A stretch of DNA of 62,273 nucleotides from a virus: positions 1-62,273 of IMG/VR virus record IMGVR_UViG_3300046054_000005, one strand, 5' to 3'. Positions within the stretch are counted from its first letter, which is position 1. Each line of letters starts with the position of its first letter. The position numbers and the translations under genes are program-made. Under the pieces are notes generated by a model. It was not told where the DNA came from. It ran no database searches and saw only the letters and a program-made list of their open reading frames with translations. Shown piece after piece: positions 42,645 through 51,488 of the stretch.

Positions 42645-43500
42645 CTTTTGCGCGGTGATCGTCACGTATGACCGCGCCGACAACGTGCGGACTTACGATA
42701 CGCTGAAACGTCTCGGCTACACGGGCGATATTATTCTGCTCGTAGACGACGAAGACCCGCAGCTCGAAGAATACCGAAAGCAGTTCGGTGACGAGGTATA
42801 CGTGTTCTCGAAAGAAAAAGCAGCGCAGCACACCGATGCTGGTACGAACAGCGGCCAACGTAACTCGCCCTTATTCGCCCGCAACGTGATCTTTGACGCC
42901 GTGCGCGAACGGGGTTACGATTACTTCGTCATGCTCGACGACGATTACAGTGCCTTTTATTATCGCTTCGCAGGCGAGGGTAAATACGGCTTCTGGATGG
43001 CCGAAGACCTGGACGGCCTGTTCTCCTCGTTAGTCAACTACCTTAAAAGTGCGGAGGCGATTACGTGCCTCGCTATCTCGCAGGGAGGCGATCACATCGG
43101 CGGTGGCGAGAACACACGTAATCAGATGATCGGGCACGTGCGAAAAATTATGAATACCTACATCTGTTCGGTAGACCGTCCGTTCAGGTTTAAGGGCATC
43201 CTGAACGACGACGTGAATACGTACGTTAACCTCGGCAACAAGGGGCACGTCTTCTTGTCGTTGCAAGCGGCGCAGATTACACAGAGCATGACGCAGCAGA
43301 ACGAGGGCGGCCTTACGGACCTCTACATCGACGTAGGGACGTACGTGAAATCATTTTTTACCGTTATGTACGGACCAAGCTGCACGAACATCAGGCACCT
43401 GTGCGACGCACGAGGAAACAGCGCTGGCCGTTTACACCATGAGATCAGATGGCGCTACGCCGTCCCAAAGATCATCCGCGAGAAGCACCGCAAAACCTAA
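42631..43500 (+). CDS. GT-A-like glycosyltransferase candidate.
   Basis: The N-terminal CAVIVTYDRADN ... ILLVDDEDP ... FVMLDDDY (DxD) layout is Rossmann-like. The start is ambiguous (42631 or 42637). Confidence 0.4.
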   Translation: MKMNNFCAVIVTYDRADNVRTYDTLKRLGYTGDIILLVDDEDPQLEEYRKQFGDEVYVFSKEKAAQHTDAGTNSGQRNSPLFARNVIFDAVRERGYDYFVMLDDDYSAFYYRFAGEGKYGFWMAEDLDGLFSSLVNYLKSAEAITCLAISQGGDHIGGGENTRNQMIGHVRKIMNTYICSVDRPFRFKGILNDDVNTYVNLGNKGHVFLSLQAAQITQSMTQQNEGGLTDLYIDVGTYVKSFFTVMYGPSCTNIRHLCDARGNSAGRLHHEIRWRYAVPKIIREKHRKT

Positions 43501-43549
43501 GGGGAAGCCCATAGGCTATGGGGGAAGGTCATCAAGATCCGTTAAAGCT

Positions 43550-44386
43550 ATGTCACGAGTAAGTCCCATTGCAGAAGGGGAACCACGCGGCGCCCCATAC
43601 GGCGAGCCGCGTCCTGATGACCACCTATACTTCAACGAGGAGGGTGAGTACTGGGTGCGGGGCAAAGGCTACGAGACAGAGACGGACTTGAAGCAACCCG
43701 CCGTAGGCGAGCGGGTGTGCGGCAGCAAATTGAGCGGGCGGTGGCATGACACCTGGCGACGTTGTGCCTCTACCGGTATCAAGAAGAACGGCAAGTGCTA
43801 CCTTCACGGCGGCGCGAGCCTCGAAGGGACGGCGCATCCGAACTTCGAGACAGGGCTGTACAGCAAGGCGCTCGACGGAAAGATGCTGTCGGAGTTCAGT
43901 CGCTACCGCGAGCATCAGGAAACGCTGCACCTACGCGACGAGATTACGCTGCTGACCGTGCATATCAGCGAGCAGGTACAGCAGATGAGCGAGGCGGGCG
44001 GCTTCAATGTACTCGGTCAGATCGAAGATCAGTGGCGCGAGGTGCAGGAGGCCCTCCGCAACGGCACGACAGCCGAACTGAACGCCACGCTTGAGGTACT
44101 CGGAGAGCTGATCGAGCAGGGCGGGGAGCGGGTCGAAGAGCTAACCGAACTGCAAGAACTCATAGACACGAAGCGCAGGCTCGTCAAGGACGAAGCGAAG
44201 CGTGTGAAGGACAGCCAAGAAATGCTTCGTCAGAGCGAGATCGACGTCCTACGAATGAGTATGATCAACCATGCCCGTACCGTCTTCGAGAAGCATGACG
44301 TCCCGCGAGCGGCGCAGCAGGAGTTCGCGGAACGCCTCGTTAAACAACTTGCGGAGGCAGATCAGCAGCGCCTTGATGCCGGGTGA
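43550..44386 (+). CDS. Terminase small subunit candidate (Cys/His HGG zinc-ribbon plus coiled-coil).
   Basis: Lies immediately upstream of, and overlapping, the large terminase gene. Contains CGSKL...RRCAS...GKCYLHGG. ATG at 43550 inside track ORF 43439..44386. Confidence 0.4.
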   Translation: MSRVSPIAEGEPRGAPYGEPRPDDHLYFNEEGEYWVRGKGYETETDLKQPAVGERVCGSKLSGRWHDTWRRCASTGIKKNGKCYLHGGASLEGTAHPNFETGLYSKALDGKMLSEFSRYREHQETLHLRDEITLLTVHISEQVQQMSEAGGFNVLGQIEDQWREVQEALRNGTTAELNATLEVLGELIEQGGERVEELTELQELIDTKRRLVKDEAKRVKDSQEMLRQSEIDVLRMSMINHARTVFEKHDVPRAAQQEFAERLVKQLAEADQQRLDAG

Positions 44387-45866
44387 CACCCGCATCGATG
44401 AGGGGGATTGGCGCGATTGGGTGCCCAAACTTTTCGGCTGGGAGCCGGAGAGTTTTGCGAAGTTCCACAAGGACTTCTACGAGCATATCAGCCGTTTCGA
44501 GGAAGGCGTGCGGTCGCGGCCCCGCGTGAACCTGTGGCCGCGCGACTTTGCGAAGTCGTCGTGCCTTGAGCAGAGCGCGGCGTTTCTTGGAGCAAGCGAC
44601 CGCGTGAACTACTGTCTGTACGTATGCGAGACACAGGCGCAGGCGAACAATCACGTCGATCAGATCAAGACGCACCTCGTGAGCGAGCCGTTCGAGCGGT
44701 TCTACCCAGCGCACGCGGAGCGCGCGATGACCGAATTCGGCTTCTCGAAGGGGTGGAATCGCCAGCGTGCGCGGACCGCCGGAGGATTCACTATCGACGC
44801 GCTGGGGCTGGACACGGCAGCACGCGGCATCAAGCTGGACGACGTGCGACCGGATCTGCTCATCCTAGACGACATTGACGACGAACTCGACACGGAGCGC
44901 GCCAGCGACAAAAAGATTCGGCGCATCACGCGCAAGGTGCTTCCGACTGGAGGCGGGCAGGCGTCCGTGCTGGCCGGCCAGAACGTTATCAGCAAGCATG
45001 GGCTGTTCACGCGCTGGGCGAAGGGCGAGAGCGACGTACTGGCGGACCGCAAGGTGAGCGGCCCGTTCCCCGCCATCAGAGACATGGAGTTCGCGTATAC
45101 CGACGAGGGTATTACGGTAACGGCGGGGGAGCCGTCGTGGGCACTTCGCGACTTGGATTGGGCCACGCGCAAGATTCGAGACTGGACCCTCCGTGTATTT
45201 CGCACGGAGGCGCAGCAGCGTCTCCAAGAGCCGCCCGGCGGGCTGTTCAGCGACCTAGACTTCGAGAGCCTGCGGGTGTCGCGCGACAAGGTGCCAGAGC
45301 TTGTGCGGGTAGTATGCTGGATCGACCCGGCCATCACGGAAACAGGCGACTGCAACGCGATTCAGATCGATGGGCTGGGGGTAGACGACCGGATCTACCG
45401 CCTGTTCAGTTGGGAGCAGCAGGACCGCCCGCTGGAGACGTTCAAGCGCGCGTTCAGGGCGTGCCTGCGTCACGGAGCGACGACCCTCGGCGTAGAGACG
45501 GATCAGGGCGGGCAGGCGTGGGAGAGCGTATTCAACCGGGCGTGGGAGGCGCTCGTGAGAGACCCTGATTGGTCACACATTACCAAGAACACGCGCAGGC
45601 CACAGTACGACAGCGACAAGGCAGGGGCTGGAAAAGGCAACAAGGTCCACCGCTGGAACCAGATGCTCGGAGACTACGAGGACGGACGCTTTCGTCATGT
45701 AGTCGGGACGGCGGACGCGCTGGAATCGGCGCTTCATCGCGTCCCGGTCACGAAGCCATTCGACCTCGCCGACGCAGCATACTGGAGTTGGCACGATCTC
45801 GACAGTGGTACAGCGGGGCGAAGATCACCGCTGCCAAGCTCCAGCAGCCGCCAGAGCGGGCGCTGA
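44376..45866 (+). CDS. terL: Terminase large subunit.
   Basis: ATPase-like WPRDFAKSS and LLILDDIDD, then a nuclease-domain-sized C-terminus. Start taken at MPGDTRIDEG. Confidence 0.8.
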   Translation: MPGDTRIDEGDWRDWVPKLFGWEPESFAKFHKDFYEHISRFEEGVRSRPRVNLWPRDFAKSSCLEQSAAFLGASDRVNYCLYVCETQAQANNHVDQIKTHLVSEPFERFYPAHAERAMTEFGFSKGWNRQRARTAGGFTIDALGLDTAARGIKLDDVRPDLLILDDIDDELDTERASDKKIRRITRKVLPTGGGQASVLAGQNVISKHGLFTRWAKGESDVLADRKVSGPFPAIRDMEFAYTDEGITVTAGEPSWALRDLDWATRKIRDWTLRVFRTEAQQRLQEPPGGLFSDLDFESLRVSRDKVPELVRVVCWIDPAITETGDCNAIQIDGLGVDDRIYRLFSWEQQDRPLETFKRAFRACLRHGATTLGVETDQGGQAWESVFNRAWEALVRDPDWSHITKNTRRPQYDSDKAGAGKGNKVHRWNQMLGDYEDGRFRHVVGTADALESALHRVPVTKPFDLADAAYWSWHDLDSGTAGRRSPLPSSSSRQSGR

Positions 45867-46092
45867 CGAGGGGAACGCCATCCGTAAGGGGTGTGGCTCA
45901 TCTGCTGGGGCGTTCGCCTTTCTGTGCGCCCGTGTGCGGTCCAGCCACACGCGCGTTGCTTGCAGCAGACCGAACTGCGTTCCGGCGAATCCCCGGGATT
46001 ACCCTTACACAGACTACGCAGACGCCGATTGCCGTGTCCCAAACGAGCGGCGTCTGAACAGCGTGAGGGGCACATTGCAGAGAGACAAAGCG

Positions 46093-46737
46093 TTAGCAAT
46101 ACCCGTCGGGGAGCTTATGGATCCGGTTAAAGGCAGTCGGGCGGCTGGCGCTCGACGTGTGGAGCTGGCGCACCAGCCAGGAGCGGAAGTGTTCGGCGCT
46201 ACGAAAGCCGCGCCCGTAGTCTTGCTCGGCAATATGGTTTTGAAGCTCGCCGTCGTCGTAGTACGGCCACCATTCAGGGGGTTGCCGCTCGTTACTCCAT
46301 TCGGCGATTTCGTATTTATGCGTCATGTAGTACACGCGGAATAAGAGTACGCGCGGCAGGTCGGTCTGGTAGACCTTGAGTTCGTCGGGCACCGTGGCAG
46401 GCGGGCGGCGGAACCCGACGAACGGTTGCGGGACCGGGTTCTCGCTAAACGACTCGATGACGCGGTGACTCTCGTGCTTCTCTCCATAGCGGCGCGTATA
46501 TTCTTCGCCCAGCGCCATTCCGTGATTCCATAGCCAGCGGTAATGCTTACGCCGCCCCTGTGCCCAATGAACGACGGGGTGGTTGCGGTGCGTGGGGTCG
46601 TAGGGGGCATCGTAACCGTGGTAGTGGCGAGCGGTGCAGAGGACCTGCGCGGTCTCCAGCACCATCTTGCCGACGTGCTTGTCGCACTGCGCGATGGCGG
46701 CGCGTCTTAGGTTGCGGTGCAGGTAGAAGAGGTTCAT
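46093..46737 (-). CDS. Conserved hypothetical protein (N-terminal CDKHVGKMVLETAQVL motif).
   Basis: 214-aa ORF. I recognise the motif as recurrent in phages but cannot name the family with confidence. Confidence 0.5.
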   Translation of the reverse strand: MNLFYLHRNLRRAAIAQCDKHVGKMVLETAQVLCTARHYHGYDAPYDPTHRNHPVVHWAQGRRKHYRWLWNHGMALGEEYTRRYGEKHESHRVIESFSENPVPQPFVGFRRPPATVPDELKVYQTDLPRVLLFRVYYMTHKYEIAEWSNERQPPEWWPYYDDGELQNHIAEQDYGRGFRSAEHFRSWLVRQLHTSSASRPTAFNRIHKLPDGYC

Positions 46738-46742
46738 CGGTG

Positions 46743-47183
46743 TTAGGGGGTGTTCTGCTTGTGGAATCGAATCAGCCGTCGCACACCCGTCGTAGCGCTG
46801 TCCCCGCCAACGTCTTCTACGTATTGCTTTTGGGCAGGCGTCAGGCTGGCCGTTAGGTGGACGCGCGTGCTGCCGCCCCGCTTCTTCCGGCCCGCGCCCT
46901 CACGCTCGCCCCCGTGGTTCGTGTCGGGCATAGGTGGGGTCTCTATCGTGACGGCCCCCAGCCTATCACCACGGTGTATAGCAACACCGCGGTGTACAGC
47001 AACAGTCAACGTATCGCCGGGGTCAGCTGCGTTCAAGGCATCGCGCCACTTCATAGGGTCGCCTTGCGGCTCGTCGCCAAAGTAAGCGCGGTACGTATAC
47101 CCGGCGCCGTGCGAAAGACCCGCCTCTTCGCACGCCTCTTTAAACCGGGATCGTATTTTACGTTTGAGGGCGGTACGGCTCAT
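46743..47183 (-). CDS. Hypothetical protein with a basic GAGRKKRGG segment.
   Basis: 146-aa ORF. Confidence 0.5.
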   Translation of the reverse strand: MSRTALKRKIRSRFKEACEEAGLSHGAGYTYRAYFGDEPQGDPMKWRDALNAADPGDTLTVAVHRGVAIHRGDRLGAVTIETPPMPDTNHGGEREGAGRKKRGGSTRVHLTASLTPAQKQYVEDVGGDSATTGVRRLIRFHKQNTP

Positions 47184-47413
47184 GAGATGTAGTCGTCGAG
47201 TGCGTCAATGGTCTTGTCCACGCTCAAGCCGCCGTGCGCTTGCACGAACACCTCGAACCCGGCGTCGTCAGCGTATTCGAGGATGACGATCTGCTGGCCG
47301 GGGTGGGCCGGGGAGACGTAGTAGTGCGTCCGATTTCCAGTGCCGTCGTCGTGCACGGTCTTCTGCGTGAAGTCGTTCTCGTGAAGCCAGTCCTTGAGGA
47401 TCGGCGTAATCAT
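47180..47413 (-). CDS. Hypothetical small protein.
   Basis: Start taken at MITPILKDW (47413), downstream of the ribozyme and the CA-rich leader. Confidence 0.45.
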   Translation of the reverse strand: MITPILKDWLHENDFTQKTVHDDGTGNRTHYYVSPAHPGQQIVILEYADDAGFEVFVQAHGGLSVDKTIDALDDYIS

Positions 47414-47439
47414 GGTAGTGTGGTGTGTTTGGTGAAAAT

Positions 47440-47509
47440 GGTAGCGAGGCGCTACCGCGACGCGCACCCACCTGCGCGTTTCGCCTCTCGCGGAGGCTCA
47501 TCAGGCGGC
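47440..47509 (-). ncRNA. Hammerhead ribozyme candidate, type I, with a conserved 3' flanking hairpin.
   Basis: Minus-strand RNA: GCCGC CUGAUGA GCCUC-CGCGA-GAGGC GAAA CGCGC-AGGUGGGU-GCGCG UC^GCGGU, then GGUAGC-GCCUC-GCUACC. The core UGA is the stop of the 47501..47980 gene. Confidence 0.75.
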
Positions 47510-47980
47510 TTCGAGCGATACATCGCTCGGCTTGTGGGGTCCCCATTCGCCTACCTTGATAGAGAGCGCCTTTTCCACGCGCTCCTCGTCGAGGTCGAGT
47601 TCGTTGGCGATCCTGCGGACAGTAGCAGCGAGGTCCTTGATGGCCGTCCGGCGACCTTCCTCCACGTCTTCCTCCATGCCTTTGGGCGCTTCGGCGGGCG
47701 CTCCCCGCAGCGCGGCGACCATTTCGCGGCGGTAAAGGCTGGCGGCGTGCTCGGCCAGTTCGATGAGGTCGTCCCGGCTGGACACGTCCACGTCGTCAGC
47801 GGCGTTGATAACACTCTGCATCGAGCGGTTGCGCTGCGACTCGCGGACGGCGGCAGCACTTTGCTGACGGAGAGCGTCAATGACGTGGAAGTCATTGAGC
47901 TTGTCCTGGAGCGCCTCCTTCTTATTGGTACGGAAGGTGAGGTAATAGTCGATGGTAGAGTTGATGGCTTGAGTGTCCAT
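47501..47980 (-). CDS. Hypothetical protein.
   Basis: Start taken at MDTQAINST inside track ORF 47501..48079. Confidence 0.5.
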   Translation of the reverse strand: MDTQAINSTIDYYLTFRTNKKEALQDKLNDFHVIDALRQQSAAAVRESQRNRSMQSVINAADDVDVSSRDDLIELAEHAASLYRREMVAALRGAPAEAPKGMEEDVEEGRRTAIKDLAATVRRIANELDLDEERVEKALSIKVGEWGPHKPSDVSLEAA

Positions 47981-48115
47981 TGTAGGAAAGGGTGTGAGTG
48001 TGTTAGTGAGAGTGCGAGGGGCGGTTCCCCTTTGTTGTGTTAGGGTAAAGGCATTATGACAGAAGGGGTTTCCCTGCAAAAGCCTTTTAATACACTCTTT
48101 ACATTCTATTCAAGT
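47981..48115 (-). promoter_or_regulatory. Conserved early promoter/leader module, copy 5.
   Basis: Minus-strand TTGAAT (48113-48108), 17 nt, TTAAAA (48090-48085), then GGCTTTTGCAGGGAAACCCC and TTTACCCTAACACAAC. Confidence 0.6.
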
Positions 48116-48231
48116 GAAACCTCTGGCAGCCTTATTTTGCGTACGGTGCTCCAGCGGGGCATTTCTTGTGAACCCTCAACGTTAGTCATGCTTACACAAC
48201 GTCGAGCATCTGCTGAAAGCATCACCATCCC

Positions 48232-49848
48232 ATGCTCCGCCCGGCCAATTCCAGCGCCAACGATTTCACGTCGCTGATTGCCCCGCACGAGGACTGGGGC
48301 GAGAACCGTCTCTTCGTCAAGGGCGACCACTGGCAGGACGGTGACGGGTGGCCCGGTACTTTTCCTGCTGAAGAGAAGCAGGGTAAGGACTACATGGAGG
48401 CTAAGAAGCGGATCAAGTCGTCTTTTATCAGCCAGAACGCCGTCAAGGAGGTTGTGCGTCGCCACATGAGCGGCGTCATCGGCAGGGAACCGTCGTGGGA
48501 ACTCGTCCCGATGGGCCGCGACGAGGCAGAGGAGGGCGTGGCCGACCGCGCGCATCGCCTGTTGCGCGACTGGCTACGGCGACGCGATGGGTTGAACGCG
48601 CTCCAAAAAGCGACCGAGCGAGCGCTGTGGGGAGAGGATGGCCCGCTGCGGCTCTTTGTACCACAGGGCAGGTTGCAAGGCAACGAGGAACTTAGCGTCC
48701 CGGCGAACTTGGGGGTGGAGGATGCGATGGACCTGCTTTTCGTCGAGTCGGTCCCCGCCAACCGATGCACCGTCCACACGATTCGCTCGCACATGAAGCC
48801 GGTCGGCATTTACCGAAGTGTGGACGACGACGCAGAGAGTGCTGTCGAGGTGAGCTACCTCGACGACGAGAACCGCACCGTCCTTCGCTTGCTGGAAGAG
48901 GGCGGCGACGAGATGACGGTCGCACCTATTAACATGGGCGGCTACCTGACGCACCATAACCTCTCGCTCGAACCGATCATCACGCCGCAGGTGCGTCAGC
49001 AGCAGCGCTTCCTAAACAAGAGCCATACGATGAAGAATGTGAACCTCGATTGGTCCGGCTTCTTGGAGCGCATATACTTGAACGCGCAGGAACCGGGGCA
49101 CTACGAGGACGACGAGGGCAACATCTACGGCGAGGGCGGGCCGGGGCGTCACTGGGTCAACGAGGGGCACGACGTCGGCCACGGGACCGTCCAGCACCTG
49201 GCAGGCGTGGTAACACAAGATCGCGACGGCGGTGAGACAGTCGCGCGCCCAGAGGTCGTCTTTCGCCACCCAGAGCCGACCGACCTGTTCGACCAAGCCA
49301 TTCAGGGGGCCTACACGACGATCCTCAAGGAGTGCGGGCAGGTACACGCTGCGCAGGGGTGGAGCGCCGATGCAAGCGGCGAGGCCATCCGCCAGCACAT
49401 GGCCGACTACATCGTGATGCTATACCTGTCGCGCCCCGCCGTAGAGCGAGCGGCAGAGTGGATGATGTACGGTGTGCTGCGCCTCGCCAGCGCGTTGGCG
49501 GGAGAGGCGGGCAAGTACGACGGGTATCGCCTTTCCGTAGAGGCTCGCCTGAATCCCGGCCCGGTACCCGCCCAAGAGATTGAGGCCATCGTGTCGTTGG
49601 TGAAGAACAAGCTGATGAGCCACCCGACAGGCATGGAGCGGGCAGGCATCGAGGATGCGGATGCAGAGATGGATCGTTTGCGCGCGGATCTTTACTCGCA
49701 ACTGGACGTGGACGTGCAACGCAGCGAACTGGCGGGCAACTTCTCGCAGGCCGGAATGCCGCTCGTCAATGCTCTGAAGGCCGCCGGGTTCGACGACAAC
49801 CGAGCCGAAGAACTGGCGAGTTTCTCAACGAACCCGCCCGAACCATGA
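48232..49848 (+). CDS. Portal protein.
   Basis: 538-aa ORF, the first large + strand gene after terminase, followed by a MuF-like gene. Confidence 0.65.
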   Translation: MLRPANSSANDFTSLIAPHEDWGENRLFVKGDHWQDGDGWPGTFPAEEKQGKDYMEAKKRIKSSFISQNAVKEVVRRHMSGVIGREPSWELVPMGRDEAEEGVADRAHRLLRDWLRRRDGLNALQKATERALWGEDGPLRLFVPQGRLQGNEELSVPANLGVEDAMDLLFVESVPANRCTVHTIRSHMKPVGIYRSVDDDAESAVEVSYLDDENRTVLRLLEEGGDEMTVAPINMGGYLTHHNLSLEPIITPQVRQQQRFLNKSHTMKNVNLDWSGFLERIYLNAQEPGHYEDDEGNIYGEGGPGRHWVNEGHDVGHGTVQHLAGVVTQDRDGGETVARPEVVFRHPEPTDLFDQAIQGAYTTILKECGQVHAAQGWSADASGEAIRQHMADYIVMLYLSRPAVERAAEWMMYGVLRLASALAGEAGKYDGYRLSVEARLNPGPVPAQEIEAIVSLVKNKLMSHPTGMERAGIEDADAEMDRLRADLYSQLDVDVQRSELAGNFSQAGMPLVNALKAAGFDDNRAEELASFSTNPPEP

Positions 49849-50051
49849 ATCTGCCTGATACGCCCGCGTTCGACTTTCGCAAGCACGGCTTCGACTTCTA
49901 CCGTGTCCAGATGGTTAAGCTCGCGACTGATACTCGCCAAATGCCCCCAGCGAAAAGAGTTATTGATGGGCGTCCAGCCTGCGTCTCGCTCATTACGCAC
50001 CGCATAGCGAAGACTCGGTGCGGTGAAATCATCACGCTTCACGACTGCTGA
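49845..50051 (+). CDS. Hypothetical small protein.
   Basis: 68-aa ORF with an ATGA overlap. Confidence 0.35.
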   Translation: MNLPDTPAFDFRKHGFDFYRVQMVKLATDTRQMPPAKRVIDGRPACVSLITHRIAKTRCGEIITLHDC

Positions 50052-50052
50052 T

Positions 50053-50253
50053 ATGCCACAGGGCGAAGCGCTCGACCAAAGCAACGAAGAGATCAACGAG
50101 GCCGCCCTCGTCGGAGAGCAGGACGTGGCCGAAGCCCAAGTGTGGGCGCGAGAGCACCTTCCCGGCTTTCTCGAAGGGCTGGCAGAGGCCGATACGATCA
50201 CCGTCGCCGAAGTGAAAGAACTCCGCAGAGAGAATGACCGATCCCGACTTTGA
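50053..50253 (+). CDS. Hypothetical small acidic protein.
   Basis: ATG at 50053, 1 nt after the upstream stop. Confidence 0.35.
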   Translation: MPQGEALDQSNEEINEAALVGEQDVAEAQVWAREHLPGFLEGLAEADTITVAEVKELRRENDRSRL

Positions 50254-50437
50254 CAAGACGCGCATCAAACTGGCCGTCTGCCAACACCCAGAGAACGGTC
50301 ACTTAATGCTGTACGACATTTTGACGGGGCGTGTGGTGGCGCACCAGTGCAAACTCGACGTGCGGGGGCCAGACTTCTCCGGCGATTCGGTCGAGGTAAG
50401 CGATCTTGAAGTCATCACCGACCGGCGCATTCACTGA
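50234..50437 (+). CDS. Hypothetical small protein.
   Basis: 67-aa ORF. Confidence 0.35.
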   Translation: MTDPDFDKTRIKLAVCQHPENGHLMLYDILTGRVVAHQCKLDVRGPDFSGDSVEVSDLEVITDRRIH

Positions 50438-50438
50438 T

Positions 50439-51194
50439 ATGGAGGACCTGTCCCCCGAAGAGCGCGCCGCGCAGCGTCAGCAGACGCGCGACGAGCAGCT
50501 GAAAGAGGCTGAATTAGCATCTGTATCGGGCACGTACTACTGGAACGAAGCGGCTGCTCGCTACATCGACGCACAGGGCCGGTTCGTGTCTGAACAGGTC
50601 GTTCGGGCAGCGGTAGACGAAGCATTGCTCACGGCCAGTCAAGACGCGATAGCCGATTTCGAAGCGATGCGCAAAGGAGAGATCACGGTCGGAGAGTGGG
50701 AGCGTCGTATGCGGCGTCACATTAAAAACTCTCACCTCACGAATGCGCGCCTCGCCAGCGGAGAGATTTCGGGTGGCACACGTCGTCGCGTCGAGGGCGT
50801 GTTGAGTGGACAAGACGGTGAGTTTCAGCGGCTGCATCGCTTCGCGCAGCAGGTAGCCGACGAAGAAATCCCGCTCGATGGTCGCGCGAGGCAGCGAACG
50901 CAAGGGTACGTTCAGAATGGGCGCAGCACCTACCACGCAGAGCAGCGCGTCGCAAAGCAGAAAAATGGGTACAACCAAGAGCGTAACCGCCTCGGCATTG
51001 CAGAGCACTGCGATGAGTGCGTCGAGATCACGGGCAAGGGGTGGTCACCGACGGGGAGCCTCGTTCTCATTGGGAACCGCACGTGCCTATACAACTGCAA
51101 GTGCCGAATCGAATATCGCTCTACGGAGTCTTCCGACGCCGACCCCTTCCCTTCAATCAAAGGTACCCCGCAACAAAAGTCCCCGTATCTGTGA
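50439..51194 (+). CDS. Head morphogenesis protein, MuF / SPP1 gp7-like.
   Basis: C-terminal CDECVE...GNRTCLYNCKCRIEY resembles the MuF-family Cys/His tail. Lies after the portal gene. Confidence 0.6.
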   Translation: MEDLSPEERAAQRQQTRDEQLKEAELASVSGTYYWNEAAARYIDAQGRFVSEQVVRAAVDEALLTASQDAIADFEAMRKGEITVGEWERRMRRHIKNSHLTNARLASGEISGGTRRRVEGVLSGQDGEFQRLHRFAQQVADEEIPLDGRARQRTQGYVQNGRSTYHAEQRVAKQKNGYNQERNRLGIAEHCDECVEITGKGWSPTGSLVLIGNRTCLYNCKCRIEYRSTESSDADPFPSIKGTPQQKSPYL

Positions 51195-51445
51195 AAGCTG
51201 CCACGATCACTGTTCCGGTCCTCGTGAATGCCGAAGGCACCGAAGAGGCGCGCACCCTCGGCATCGAAGAGCCGGAGGGTGAGTTCGTAGACACGGTGCT
51301 GTTCATCGACAAGATCGAGGCGTACCACGCTTCCCAGAAGGAAAAGGGGCAGTCAGCCGTGTATATGGACAGTTCGTCATGCATCACCGTAGACGCGAGG
51401 CCGGAGGAAATAAGCGCTCGCATCAGGCGAGCCAGAAAAAAATAA
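51191..51445 (+). CDS. Hypothetical small protein (GTG start).
   Basis: GTG overlapping the upstream stop, in the frame of track ORF 51017..51445. Confidence 0.3.
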   Translation: MKAATITVPVLVNAEGTEEARTLGIEEPEGEFVDTVLFIDKIEAYHASQKEKGQSAVYMDSSSCITVDARPEEISARIRRARKK

Positions 51446-51452
51446 GGCTGGC

Positions 51453-51481
51453 TTGAAACTTTGTTTTCTCCGCCGTATATA
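51453..51481 (+). promoter_or_regulatory. Sigma70-like promoter TTGAAA-17 nt-TATATA.
   Basis: TTGAAA at 51453-58 and TATATA at 51476-81, read directly. Confidence 0.5.
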
Positions 51482-51488
51482 GAGGACC

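Noticed and set aside
45867-46092. A terminator or ribozyme in the convergent gap after the terminase gene.
   Set aside because: There is only a weak 7-bp hairpin with a 30-nt loop and no U-tract. The CAGAUGAG string lacks the hammerhead core.
49606-49660. Plus-strand CUGAUGAG inside the portal gene, and similar hits at about 6918, 27760 and 55530.
   Set aside because: None has a downstream GAAA and UH arrangement with pairable stems. They are chance matches inside coding sequence.
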